Source: Tagaea sp. (GTDB lineage Bacteria; Pseudomonadota; Alphaproteobacteria; CACIAM-22H2). From it: a stretch of 64,000 nucleotides of DNA. The notes beneath the pieces are model-generated. The model searched no databases and was not told where the DNA came from. It saw only the letters and a list, made by a program, of their open reading frames with translations. Both the position numbers and the translations under genes were made by a program. Within the stretch, counting starts at the first letter, position 1, and each line of letters starts with the position of its first letter. The stretch spans positions 928,001-992,000 of the forward strand of contig CBDIIB010000004.1 of the NCBI GenBank assembly GCA_965279525.1, in the 5' to 3' direction. Positions 19,527 through 30,298 of the stretch are shown one piece after another.

Positions 19527-20315
19527 CTAGGCGGCTTCGCTGGCCTTTGCCGATCCTGAAAACTTGCGATAACGGGCGGCCGCGCGCGTAAGGTGCTCGC
19601 GCATCGCCATGCGCGCCGCGTCGGCGTCCCGCGCCACGATCGCCGCTTCGATGCGGGCGTGCTCGTCGAGTATCCGCGCGAGGTACTCCGTCTGGCGCGA
19701 CATGGTCATGTTCCAGACCCGCTTGTCCTGTCGCGGAATCACGAATGTGCCGAGAAACCGCAGGAATTCGGGAAACTGCGGATTGCCGGTTGCCGTCGCG
19801 ATGGCGACGTGGAACGCGAAATCCTCGTCAGCACCGGAATCGCCCCGCCCGATCGCCTTCGCGAACTCCGCGTGCGCCGCGCGCACGGCACGCATTCCGG
19901 CAGCCGAGGCGCGCTCGCAAGCCAGTCCGGCCGCTTCCGTTTCGAGCGCCTGGCGCAGTTCGAGGACATCAATGGCGGAATCTAGCGAACGCAGGATTTC
20001 GGGATCCAGCTTGAACGAGCGGCGCGGCGGAACGGTGCTCACGAACGCACCCGATCCCTGCCGTGTCGTCACGAGCCCCCTCGCCTTGAGGGCCGCAACG
20101 GCCTCGCGAACGACCGTGCGGCTGACCTTCATTGCCGAAACCATCTCGAGCTCGGTCGGCAGACGCTGTCCTGCGGTCAAGCGCCCGCTTGAGATCTCGT
20201 CCGTGAGCCGCGAGACCACGGCTTCGGTGAGGTTGCGCGTCGGCTTCACCGGCGTGAGGATTTCCGGTTCGCGTCGAGCCTGCGATTCCGATCTAGACTT
20301 TTGTTGTCGGGTCAT
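19527..20315 (-). CDS. FadR/GntR family transcriptional regulator
   Basis: LPTE..VSRTVVREA..RQGSG HTH; FCD domain DFAFH..N. Confidence 0.9.
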   Translation of the reverse strand: MTRQQKSRSESQARREPEILTPVKPTRNLTEAVVSRLTDEISSGRLTAGQRLPTELEMVSAMKVSRTVVREAVAALKARGLVTTRQGSGAFVSTVPPRRSFKLDPEILRSLDSAIDVLELRQALETEAAGLACERASAAGMRAVRAAHAEFAKAIGRGDSGADEDFAFHVAIATATGNPQFPEFLRFLGTFVIPRQDKRVWNMTMSRQTEYLARILDEHARIEAAIVARDADAARMAMREHLTRAAARYRKFSGSAKASEAA

Positions 20316-20322
20316 CGTACAA
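20311..20322. promoter_or_regulatory. Putative FadR operator GTCATCGTACAA overlapping the regulator start
   Basis: GntR-like motif at the divergent FadR/dctP junction. Confidence 0.45.
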
Positions 20323-20445
20323 ATTCGTACCACGGCGTCCAGCCTGAACGCAATCGCGTGACAGGCGGCTGTCGCAAGATTGCGGTCCGTCAAGGATCGT
20401 CCGGCAGGAAGACCCCTGCACCTGCTTTAGGGAGGAGACAAAAGA

Positions 20446-21441
20446 ATGAAGCGTCGCGAATTCATGGCGGTCACGGCGGCCGCCGCAGCCGCAGCATCGA
20501 CCGGCAGCCTGCCGGCATTGGCCCAGGCCAAGATGGTACTCAAGGCAACTGACGTCCATCCGCTCGGTTATCCGACGGTCGAAGCCGTCGTGCGCATGGG
20601 CAAGAAACTCGAGACGGCGACCAACGGCCGGCTGTCGATCCAGATGTATCCGTCGATGCAGCTCGGCGGCGAGAAGGAAATGATCGAGCAGGCGCAGGTC
20701 GGCGCGCTGCAGATCGCCCGCATTTCGGTCGGTCCGATGGGCCCGCTGGTGCCGGAAATGAACGTCTTCAACCTGCCCTTCATGTTCCGCGACAACGCGC
20801 ACATGGAGAAGGTCATCGACGGGCCGATCGGCGAAGAGCTGATGAAGAAGCTCACTGACCACCCGACATCGAACTTGGTCGGCCTGTGCTGGATGAACGC
20901 CGGCACGCGCAACGTCTATAACGCCAAGAAGCCGATCACGCAGCTTTCCGACCTCAAGGGGTTGAAGATCCGCATGATGGGCAACCCGCTGTTCGTCGAC
21001 ACGATGAACGCGCTGGGCGGCAACGGCGTGGCCATGGGCTTCGACCAGCTCATCAACGCGATGCAGACCGGCGTCGTCGACGGTGCCGAGAACAACGAGC
21101 CGAGCTACGATAGCGGCCAGCACTACCGCTACGCGAAGTACTACTCGAAGACCGGCCACCTGATGATCCCCGAGATCCTGGTATTCTCGCGGAAGACCTG
21201 GAACGAGCTGACGCCGGCGGACCGGACCCTGATCGCGCGCATGTCCAAGGAAGCGCAGCAGGAACAGCGCAAGCTCTGGTACGAAGGCGAGGCCGAGGCA
21301 CTGAAAAAGATGCTCGCGGCCGGCGCCGTCGTGAACGAGGTCGGCAACAAGAAGGAGTTCCAAGAGGCTGTGAAGCCGGTGTGGGACAAGTATGCCGGCC
21401 CGCTCAAGCCGCTCATCGAGCGGATCCAGGCCGTCAACTAA
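20446..21441 (+). CDS. dctP: TRAP transporter solute-binding protein (Tat signal)
   Basis: MKRREF signal, QLGGEKE, GLKIR, GVVDGAEN; GGAGGAG RBS. Confidence 0.93.
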   Translation: MKRREFMAVTAAAAAAASTGSLPALAQAKMVLKATDVHPLGYPTVEAVVRMGKKLETATNGRLSIQMYPSMQLGGEKEMIEQAQVGALQIARISVGPMGPLVPEMNVFNLPFMFRDNAHMEKVIDGPIGEELMKKLTDHPTSNLVGLCWMNAGTRNVYNAKKPITQLSDLKGLKIRMMGNPLFVDTMNALGGNGVAMGFDQLINAMQTGVVDGAENNEPSYDSGQHYRYAKYYSKTGHLMIPEILVFSRKTWNELTPADRTLIARMSKEAQQEQRKLWYEGEAEALKKMLAAGAVVNEVGNKKEFQEAVKPVWDKYAGPLKPLIERIQAVN

Positions 21442-21461
21442 GCGGTCGATCGCGGAAATCC

Positions 21462-21499
21462 GGCAGGTCGGTTGCCATGCAAACGGCAACCGACCTGCC
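21462..21499 (+). terminator. Intercistronic stem-loop dctP-dctQ
   Basis: GGCAGGTCGGTTGCC-N8-GGCAACCGACCTGCC, perfect 15-bp stem, then AATTTT. Confidence 0.7.
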
Positions 21500-21529
21500 A
21501 ATTTTCCCGAACTCGGGCAAATTGCGGCA

Positions 21530-22051
21530 ATGATCCAAACTTTCTATCGCGCGATGGACGCGCTGCATCGCGCCTGCGTCGTCCTTGCGGGTGTGGCTCT
21601 TGTCATCATCACGCTGATCATCCCGTGGGGCGTTTTCACGCGCTACGTGCTCAACAGCGCATCGTCGTGGCCCGAGCCCCTCGCCATCCTGACGATGATC
21701 TGGCTGTCGTTCCTGTCTGCGCTCGTGTGCTATCGCGAACACCTACACATAGGTGTTGGCATGCTTCCCAACGTGCTCGAAGGCCGCGCTCGACAGATTC
21801 TCGGGGTCTTCGTCGAAATCGGGATGCTCGTCACCAACCTGTTTCTACTCTGGTATGGCATCAAGCTCATCCAGGTCACCTGGTATCAGAGCATCGCCGA
21901 ATTCCCGATTGTGTCGGTAGGCGTATCGTACCTGCCCGTCCCGCTTGGCGGGGCCATCACCTCGCTCTTCATCATCGAGCGATTCCTCAAGGGAAACTAT
22001 TTCCCGCCCCCGCACGAACTCGACGTCCACGAAACCATTTCGAGCGAATGA
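21530..22051 (+). CDS. dctQ: TRAP transporter small permease
   Basis: VFTRYVLN..WPE; about 4 TM segments; between dctP and dctM. Confidence 0.9.
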   Translation: MIQTFYRAMDALHRACVVLAGVALVIITLIIPWGVFTRYVLNSASSWPEPLAILTMIWLSFLSALVCYREHLHIGVGMLPNVLEGRARQILGVFVEIGMLVTNLFLLWYGIKLIQVTWYQSIAEFPIVSVGVSYLPVPLGGAITSLFIIERFLKGNYFPPPHELDVHETISSE

Positions 22052-22072
22052 ACGCCGAAGGCTAGCGCACAT

Positions 22073-23356
22073 ATGGATATCCTCGTCCTCCTCGGCTCGT
22101 TCACCGTCTTCTGCCTGATGGCCATGCCGGTCGCCTATGCGCTTGGTCTCTCGGCGATCTGCGCGGCGCTGTGGATGGGTATTCCGCTCGAAGCCATCGC
22201 ACTGAAGACATCCGACGGGATGGACGACTTCCCGCTGCTTGCGATCCCGTTCTTCATCCTCGCCGGCGCGATCATGGCTGAAGGCGGCATGGCCGAGCGG
22301 ATCATCAACCTTGCAAAGATTTTCGTCGGGTTCATCCGGGGCGGGCTTGCACTCGTCAACATCCTCGCATCGACGATGTTCGGGTGCATTTCGGGTTCGT
22401 CGGTTGCCGATACGGCATCGATCGGCTCGGTCATGATCCCGCAGATGATCAAGAGCGGCTATCCGCGGCTATTTGCGGTCAACGTCACGATCTCGGGTTC
22501 GCTGCAGCCGCTGCTCATCCCGCCATCGCACAACATGGTCATCTATTCGCTCGCTGCGGGCGGCTCGGTGTCGGTGGCGCACTTGTTCATGGCGGGCATC
22601 ATACCAGGGGTGCTGCTTGGCGCATCGCTCATGGCGCTTTGCCTCGTCATTGCGCATCGCAAGAAATTTCCGAAGGGCGAAGCGATCACGCTGCGCCAGG
22701 CAGGGCGTATCGCCTATGAAGCCGTCTGGGGCCTCATCACCGTAATCATCATCATGGGCGGCATCCTTTCGGGCATCTTCACGCCGACGGAAAGTGCGGC
22801 CGTCGCCTGCATTTGGGCGTTCCTTGTCACGGTCTTCGTCTATCGCGACTACAAGATCCGGGAGCTGCCGCATCTGATTGGCCGGGTCGTCCGCACCGTT
22901 GGCATGGTCATGATCATGATCGGCTTCTCGGTCTCGTTCGCCTACATGATGACGCTGATGCGGATTCCGGCCACAATCGCGGAGTTCTTCATCGCGATCG
23001 CAAGCGACAAGTATACGTTCCTGTTCTATGTGAACATCCTGCTCCTGATACTCGGCACGTTCATGGATCTGGCGCCCATGCTGCTGATCTGCACGCCGAT
23101 CTTCCTTCCGATAATCAGCAAGTTCGGCGTTGATCCGGTGCATTTCGGGATCATCATGATCTTCAATCTGGGTATCGGACTGCTGACTCCGCCGGTGGGA
23201 CCGACTCTCGCGGTCGGATGCGCCATCGGCAAAGTATCGATGGAACAGGTCTCGCGTTCGATCATGGTCTTTTACATCCCAATGCTGATCGTGCTCGGAC
23301 TGGTCACGTACATCCCTGCCCTGACTCTCTGGCTCCCCAACCTCCTCTTGCGCTAG
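22073..23356 (+). CDS. dctM: TRAP transporter large permease
   Basis: LLAIPFFILAG, ISGSSVAD, LIPPS, FTPTE, DPVHFG, TPPVG. Confidence 0.94.
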   Translation: MDILVLLGSFTVFCLMAMPVAYALGLSAICAALWMGIPLEAIALKTSDGMDDFPLLAIPFFILAGAIMAEGGMAERIINLAKIFVGFIRGGLALVNILASTMFGCISGSSVADTASIGSVMIPQMIKSGYPRLFAVNVTISGSLQPLLIPPSHNMVIYSLAAGGSVSVAHLFMAGIIPGVLLGASLMALCLVIAHRKKFPKGEAITLRQAGRIAYEAVWGLITVIIIMGGILSGIFTPTESAAVACIWAFLVTVFVYRDYKIRELPHLIGRVVRTVGMVMIMIGFSVSFAYMMTLMRIPATIAEFFIAIASDKYTFLFYVNILLLILGTFMDLAPMLLICTPIFLPIISKFGVDPVHFGIIMIFNLGIGLLTPPVGPTLAVGCAIGKVSMEQVSRSIMVFYIPMLIVLGLVTYIPALTLWLPNLLLR

Positions 23357-23359
23357 AAA

Positions 23360-23881
23360 ATGTCCGTGAGGATCGAAGCGCTGACCGTCGCGCCGGAAGT
23401 CAGCCGGATGCTCGGCGAGTTGCTTGTCGGCGTGGTCGCGAGCGGCGGCTCGGTCAGCTTCATGCATCCGCTTTCGCCAGAGTCCGCCCGCGCTTTCTGG
23501 GATGAGGCCCTGGCCGCCGCCCAACGCGGTGAACGGGTGGTCTTTGGCGCCTGGATCGATGGATTGCTGGTCGGGACCGTAAGCCTCCTGCTCGACTTGC
23601 CACCGAACCAGCCGCATCGGGCCGAAATCGCCAAGATGATGACCCACCCGGCGCATCGCGGCCGGGGCATCGCGACGGCACTCCTTCACGCGGCAGAAGC
23701 AGAAGCCGCACGCCAGTCGCGCACCCTTCTCGTTCTCGATACCGCGACCGACGGTGGCGCATCGACCTTATACGAGCGGCTCGGATACACGTTGGCCGGA
23801 GAAATCCCCGATTTCGCATTGAAACCGCATGGCGGACTGACCGGAACAAAATTGTACTGGAAACGCCTCGCCGCCGGCTGA
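23360..23881 (+). CDS. GNAT acetyltransferase (tabtoxin-resistance Ttr-like subfamily)
   Basis: SVSFMHP, PNQPHRAEIAK, RGRGIA, LLVLDT, LYERLGY. Confidence 0.85.
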   Translation: MSVRIEALTVAPEVSRMLGELLVGVVASGGSVSFMHPLSPESARAFWDEALAAAQRGERVVFGAWIDGLLVGTVSLLLDLPPNQPHRAEIAKMMTHPAHRGRGIATALLHAAEAEAARQSRTLLVLDTATDGGASTLYERLGYTLAGEIPDFALKPHGGLTGTKLYWKRLAAG

Positions 23882-23952
23882 CGGCGCGATACGACCAGAG
23901 CGGGCGCGGGAAACCTCAAAAAGAAACGGATAGCCCCCGGGACGAAAATCGC

Positions 23953-23964
23953 TGTAACGTTACA
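23953..23964. promoter_or_regulatory. LacI-type operator palindrome TGTAACGTTACA
   Basis: Perfect 12-bp palindrome with central CG, about 65 bp upstream of a sugar ABC operon. Confidence 0.65.
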
Positions 23965-24030
23965 CCATAGGGCGGCCGTTTCAGCGGTCGACCGACGGAC
24001 GGGTCAACCGTCCGCGTGCAGGGAGGGAAT

Positions 24031-25083
<1,053 letters not shown>

Positions 25084-25121
25084 ACCGCAATCAAGACGGT
25101 AGAAAAAGAGGGAGAAAAGAG

Positions 25122-26462
25122 ATGGCAAACGTCATTACGCGCCGGAGCATTCTTGCCGCCGGCGCAGGCATAGCGGCACTTTCCGCCGGCGCGCAGCAAG
25201 CGTTCGCTCAGGCGACGCGCGTCACTGGCGCCAACGTGGCGGCACCGAACCTGCCGATCGAAAGCGGCGCAACCCTTCGCCTGCTGCGTCCCGTTCGCTT
25301 CGTCCAGCCGGACGAGGATGTGTTCCGCGCGAACGCGGCGAAGTTCACGGCGAAGACCGGTGTCCAGGTCCGCGTCGATTTCGTCGGCTGGGAAGACATC
25401 ACCCAGCAGACGGCCGTCACCGCCAATACCGGCGCGGGCCCCGACATCATCATCGGCTTCTCGGACGGGCCGCACATCTTCGCCCAAAAGCTGATCGAGC
25501 TCACCGACGTCGCCGAGTATCTGGGCAAGCGCTATGGCGGCTGGCTCGTCATGGCGGAGAAATACGGCAAGCGGCACGGGTCGAACAATTGGATCGGCCT
25601 GCCCTTCGGCGCGTCGGGCGGTCCGGTCGTCTACCGCAAGTCGGCGGTCAACGCGGTCGGCTTCCAGTCGATCCCCAACGATCACGCGGGCTTTCTCGAC
25701 CTCTGCAAGAAGCTCAAGGCGGCAGGCAAGCCCTCCGGCTTCGCGCTCGGCAACGCCGTCGGTGACGGCAACTCGTTCTGCAACTGGCTCATCTGGTCGC
25801 ATGGCGGCTTCCTGGTCGACGAGGCCGGCAAGGTCGCGATCAACAGCAAGGAAACGATCGACGCGCTCAACTACCTGAAGGAGCTCCATGCAGCCTTCAT
25901 CCCGGGCACGACGGCGTGGAACGACATCTCGAACAATCGTGCCTATGCCGCCCAGGAACTGTGGCTGACGTCCAACGGCGTTTCGCTCTACTTCTCGCTC
26001 AAGAACGACCCCGCGACCGCCGCGATTGCGGCGGACACCGAGCATCAGTTGATGCCGCATGGCCGCCTTACCCTGCCGGCAATGACGGGCCTCACGATGA
26101 ACGCGATGGTGTTCCGGCACAGCCGATTCCCCAACGCGGCGAAGGCGTTCCTGCAATTCATGCTGGAACACGAGCAGCACGAGCCGTGGCTGAACGCCAA
26201 TCTCGGCTACTGGGCGCACCCGCTCGCGGCTTACGATGCCGCCGAGGTGTGGGGCGGGGATCCGCGCGTCTCGCTCTTCAAGAACACGATGCGCTCGCCC
26301 TTCTGGAACGGTTACAAGGGACCGATCTCGGAAGCTTCGGGGCAGGCAAACGCGGAGTACGTGACCGTGCAGATGTGCGCGGCCGTGGCCTCCGGCCAGT
26401 CGACCCCGCAGGAAGCGGTGCGCGAGGCCGAGCGCCGCGCGCAGCGCATCTTCCGCAACTGA
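25122..26462 (+). CDS. Sugar ABC substrate-binding protein (Tat signal)
   Basis: ITRRSIL..AFA signal; operon context. Confidence 0.88.
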   Translation: MANVITRRSILAAGAGIAALSAGAQQAFAQATRVTGANVAAPNLPIESGATLRLLRPVRFVQPDEDVFRANAAKFTAKTGVQVRVDFVGWEDITQQTAVTANTGAGPDIIIGFSDGPHIFAQKLIELTDVAEYLGKRYGGWLVMAEKYGKRHGSNNWIGLPFGASGGPVVYRKSAVNAVGFQSIPNDHAGFLDLCKKLKAAGKPSGFALGNAVGDGNSFCNWLIWSHGGFLVDEAGKVAINSKETIDALNYLKELHAAFIPGTTAWNDISNNRAYAAQELWLTSNGVSLYFSLKNDPATAAIAADTEHQLMPHGRLTLPAMTGLTMNAMVFRHSRFPNAAKAFLQFMLEHEQHEPWLNANLGYWAHPLAAYDAAEVWGGDPRVSLFKNTMRSPFWNGYKGPISEASGQANAEYVTVQMCAAVASGQSTPQEAVREAERRAQRIFRN

Positions 26463-26471
26463 CGTGAAGTG

Positions 26472-26501
26472 CCGCGGCGCCGGTCTGATCCGGCGCCGCG
26501 G
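26472..26501 (+). terminator. Intercistronic stem-loop after SBP gene
   Basis: CCGCGGCGCCGG-TCTGAT-CCGGCGCCGCGG, perfect 12-bp stem. Confidence 0.6.
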
Positions 26502-26520
26502 TATCCTCCGGAGCATCTGA

Positions 26521-27477
26521 ATGGAAGCAGTCAACGCCGCACGTTGGGTACGTCCCAAGAAGGAGCTCGGGCTTGTTGCCCGGCTGTTCGACTGGAAGCC
26601 GTTCCTGATCGTGATCTGTCTTGCCCCCGCCGTCGGCTTGCTGCTGGTGTTTTTGACCTATCCGCTGGGGCTGGGCATCTTCCTCGCGTTCACCGACACG
26701 ACAATTGGGCGCAGCGGGAAGTGGGTTGGACTGGAGAATTTCGAGTTCCTGCTGGAAGACCGGCTCTGGTGGAATGCCGTCTTCTACAGCGTGTTCTATA
26801 CGGGAATCGCGACGATCCTGAAATTCGGACTCGGCCTGTGGCTGGCGTTGCTGCTCAACAACCACCTGCCGTTCAAGAGCATCCTACGCGCCATCATCTT
26901 GCTGCCGTGGATCGTGCCGACCGTACTGTCGGCGATCGCTTTCTGGTGGATCTACGATCCGCAGTTCAGCATCATCTCGTACCTGCTGACCGATGTGTTC
27001 GGCTGGCGCACCACGAATGTCGACTTCATCAACACGCCATGGTCGGCCCGCTGGTCGCTGATCGCCGCCAACGTGTGGCGCGGCATCCCGTTCGTGGCGA
27101 TCTCGCTTCTGGCCGGCCTGCAGACGATCTCGCCCTCCCTCTACGAGGCGGCGATGCTCGACGGCACGACGCCCTGGCAGCGCTTCTGCTACATCACCTT
27201 CCCGATGCTGCTGCCGATCCTCGCCATCGTGATGACATTTAGCATCATCTTCACCTTTACCGACTTCCAGCTCGTCTACGCGATCACGCGCGGCGGGCCG
27301 GTGAATTCGACGCACCTGCTGGCGACTCTCGCATTCCAGCGCGGCATTCCCGGCGGCCAGCTGGGCGAAGGTGCCGCGATCGCCGTTTCGATGATCCCGT
27401 TCCTCGTTTTTGCCACGCTGTTCAGCTATTTCGCACTGGCACGCCGCAAGTGGCAGCAGGGAGAAGGCGATGACTGA
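26521..27477 (+). CDS. Sugar ABC permease
   Basis: LYEAAMLDG EAA loop; multiple TM segments. Confidence 0.92.
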   Translation: MEAVNAARWVRPKKELGLVARLFDWKPFLIVICLAPAVGLLLVFLTYPLGLGIFLAFTDTTIGRSGKWVGLENFEFLLEDRLWWNAVFYSVFYTGIATILKFGLGLWLALLLNNHLPFKSILRAIILLPWIVPTVLSAIAFWWIYDPQFSIISYLLTDVFGWRTTNVDFINTPWSARWSLIAANVWRGIPFVAISLLAGLQTISPSLYEAAMLDGTTPWQRFCYITFPMLLPILAIVMTFSIIFTFTDFQLVYAITRGGPVNSTHLLATLAFQRGIPGGQLGEGAAIAVSMIPFLVFATLFSYFALARRKWQQGEGDD

Positions 27478-28399
27478 GCCCCGCTTGTCCACACTCGACG
27501 ATCCCGAAGACATCGCGCCCTCCAAGGCGGCCGCGGCAGCAGCTGCGGCGGAAACGATGGCTTGGGACAGCCGCTCGCGGCGCATGGTCACGATTTACCT
27601 GCCGCTCGCCTGCTTCGTCCTGATCCTTCTTTTTCCGTTCTATTGGATGACCGTGACGGCGTTCAAGCCGAACGCGGAACTCTACGACTACAAGACCTAC
27701 AACCCGTTCTGGATCGGCTCGCCCACGCTCGACCACATCAAGCACCTGCTGTTCGGCACCGCCTATCCGACGTGGCTGCTGACGACGATGACCGTGGCCG
27801 TGTGCGCCACCTTCCTGTCGCTCGTCTCGAGCACGCTTGCGGCCTATGCGATCCAGCGCCTGCGCTTCAAGGGGAGCCAGTATGTGGGTCTGGCGATCTA
27901 CCTTGCGTATCTCGTGCCGCCGTCAATCCTGTTCATCCCGTTGGCGATGATGGTGAACTGGCTCGGCCTGTTCGATACGCCGCTGGCACTCATTCTCGTC
28001 TACCCAACGTTCCTGATCCCGTTCTGCACATGGCTGCTGATCGGGTATTTCAAGTCGATCCCCTACGAGCTTGAGGAGTGCGCGCTGATCGACGGCGCCA
28101 CGCGCCTTCAGATCCTGCGCGAGATCACCCTGCCGCTCGCCGTGCCGGGCCTGATCAGCGCCGGCATCTTCAGCTTCACGCTTTCGTGGAACGAGTTCAT
28201 CTATGCGCTCGCCTTCATCCAGTCGAGCGAGAAGAAGACCGTTCCTGTCGCGATCCTGACCGAACTTGTCACGGGCGACGTCTACCAGTGGGGCGCCTTG
28301 ATGGCAGGTTCGCTTCTCGGCTCCATACCGGTGGCGCTGTTCTACTCCCTGTTCGTCGACTATTACGTCTCGTCGCTGACGGGTGCGGTCAAGGAATAG
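27470..28399 (+). CDS. Sugar ABC permease
   Basis: LEECALIDGA, WNEF, LTGAVKE; start overlaps upstream gene. Confidence 0.92.
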   Translation: MTEPRLSTLDDPEDIAPSKAAAAAAAAETMAWDSRSRRMVTIYLPLACFVLILLFPFYWMTVTAFKPNAELYDYKTYNPFWIGSPTLDHIKHLLFGTAYPTWLLTTMTVAVCATFLSLVSSTLAAYAIQRLRFKGSQYVGLAIYLAYLVPPSILFIPLAMMVNWLGLFDTPLALILVYPTFLIPFCTWLLIGYFKSIPYELEECALIDGATRLQILREITLPLAVPGLISAGIFSFTLSWNEFIYALAFIQSSEKKTVPVAILTELVTGDVYQWGALMAGSLLGSIPVALFYSLFVDYYVSSLTGAVKE

Positions 28400-28407
28400 C
28401 CGCGCCG

Positions 28408-30156
28408 TCAGTGGCTTTCGCGCGCCACATCGGCGCCCGACTTGCCGACGAGAAAATCGAGATCGGCACCCCGGTCGGCCTGCAGGACGTGGTCGACATA
28501 GAGCCGGTAGTAGCCGCGCTCCGACGGCCGTTCGGGCGCCTTCCATCCGGCACGGCGGCGCTCGAGTTCCGCATCGCTGACGTCGAGGTGCAGTCGGCGT
28601 GCGGCCACGTCCACCTCGATCATGTCGCCGTTCCTGACGAGTGCTATCGGCCCGCCTGCAGCGGCCTCAGGCGCCGTGTGGAGGATCGTCGTGCCATAGG
28701 CGGTGCCCGACATGCGTGCGTCGGAAATGCGCACCATGTCGCGGATGCCCTTCTTCAGCAGTTTGGTCGGCAGCGCGAAGTTCCCGACCTCCGGAAACCC
28801 GGGATAGCCCTTCGGCCCGCACCCCTTCAGCACCATGATGCAGTTCTCGTCGACATCGAGATCGGGCGTGTCTATGCGGGCGTCGTAATCCTCGATCGAT
28901 TCGAAGACGACGGCCCGTCCGCGATGCTTCATCAGGTGCGGACTTGCGGCCGACGGCTTCAGGACCGCGCCGTTCGGCGCCAGGTTCCCGCGCAACACGG
29001 CGATTCCGCCTTCCGGCTTGAACGGCTTGTCGAACGGGAAGATGACGTCGTGGCTGTGGTTCTTCGCGTCCTTGTTGTTCTCGCCGATCGACTTGCCGGT
29101 GACGGTCAGCGCGTCGAGATGGAGCTTGTGCTTGATCTCCGAAATCACGGCCGGTATCCCGCCGGCGTAATAGAACTCTTCCATCAGGAACTTGCCCGAC
29201 GGCATCAGGTTGACGAGACAGGGCATGTCGCGCCCGAGACGGTCCCAGTCGTCGAGCGACAGGTCGACGCCGACGCGCCCGGCCATCGCCAACAGATGCA
29301 CGACGGCATTGGTCGAACCCCCGATGGCGCCGTTGACCATGATCGCGTTCTCGAAGGCCTGCTTGGTCAGGACCTTCGACAGGCGCAGGTCCTCCTTGAC
29401 CATCTCGACGATGCGCCGGCCCGCCATGTGCGACAGCGCATAGCGCCGCGCGTCCACGCCAGGAATCGCTGCGTTCGTGGGAAGCGCTATGCCCAGCGCC
29501 TCGACCATCGAGGCCATCGTCGAAGCGGTCCCCATCGTCATGCAATGGCCGGAGGAGCGCGACATCGCCGCCTCCGCCTGCGCCAGATCGTCCATCGTCA
29601 TCTCACCGGTCTTCAGCCGCTCGGTGAAAATCCAGCTATGCGTTCCGGATCCGACAAGCTCGCCGCGAAAGCGCCCGTTGAGCATCGGACCGCCGGATAC
29701 GACCAGCGTCGGAAGGTCGCAGCTTGCCGCACCCATGACGAGCGCGGGCGTCGTCTTGTCGCAACCGGTAAGCAGCACGACGCCGTCCATCGGCTGGCCG
29801 CGGATCGACTCCTCGACATCCATCGACGCGAGATTGCGATAGAGCATCGCCGTCGGGCGGAGCAGGACCTCGGAAAGGCTCGTGACCGGAAATTCGAGCG
29901 GGAAGCCGCCCATCTCGTAGACACCGCGCTTCACGTAGTCCGCGATCTGCCGGAAATGTCCGTTGCACGGCGTGAATTCCGACCAGGTATTGCAGATGCC
30001 GATGACCGGCCGGCCGTCGAAGAGGTGGTCCACCCGCCCCTGGTTCTTCATCCAGCTCCGGCGCCCGAATCCGTCGCGATCCTGGCGCTTCAGCCACGCG
30101 TTCGAGCGCAGGCGGTAATTGCGGGTATCGTGCCCTTTTTCGGATTTGTCGGCCAA
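28408..30156 (-). CDS. IlvD/Edd family dehydratase, L-arabinonate/D-xylonate dehydratase-like
   Basis: PCN, GCDKTTP, GHCMTMGTAST, GGSTN, ISDARMSGT; TTG start with GGGGAGAAG RBS assumed. Confidence 0.88.
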   Translation of the reverse strand: MADKSEKGHDTRNYRLRSNAWLKRQDRDGFGRRSWMKNQGRVDHLFDGRPVIGICNTWSEFTPCNGHFRQIADYVKRGVYEMGGFPLEFPVTSLSEVLLRPTAMLYRNLASMDVEESIRGQPMDGVVLLTGCDKTTPALVMGAASCDLPTLVVSGGPMLNGRFRGELVGSGTHSWIFTERLKTGEMTMDDLAQAEAAMSRSSGHCMTMGTASTMASMVEALGIALPTNAAIPGVDARRYALSHMAGRRIVEMVKEDLRLSKVLTKQAFENAIMVNGAIGGSTNAVVHLLAMAGRVGVDLSLDDWDRLGRDMPCLVNLMPSGKFLMEEFYYAGGIPAVISEIKHKLHLDALTVTGKSIGENNKDAKNHSHDVIFPFDKPFKPEGGIAVLRGNLAPNGAVLKPSAASPHLMKHRGRAVVFESIEDYDARIDTPDLDVDENCIMVLKGCGPKGYPGFPEVGNFALPTKLLKKGIRDMVRISDARMSGTAYGTTILHTAPEAAAGGPIALVRNGDMIEVDVAARRLHLDVSDAELERRRAGWKAPERPSERGYYRLYVDHVLQADRGADLDFLVGKSGADVARESH

Positions 30157-30298
30157 CCTGCTTCTCCCCGGGATTGCCGCCTTCAGGCGGTCATTCTGGA
30201 TCGCGAAAATCAACACTACTATATCGGTGCGCCGGGGGGATTTCGAGTGTTCGTCGGCTTCGGATTGTCCGGCTATCGGTCGTGAAGCGCCCTTGCCT

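Noticed and set aside
27524-27553. Poly-Ala GCN tract in the permease N-terminus
   Set aside because: Mixed codons in a low-complexity linker; not a slippage repeat
28078-30285. 735-aa plus-strand ORF and many other long antisense or alternate-frame ORFs (e.g. 31238-33397, 34877-36721, 40545-42182, 50258-51904)
   Set aside because: Shadow ORFs of GC-rich genes; Arg/Ala-rich, no motifs, opposite well-supported genes
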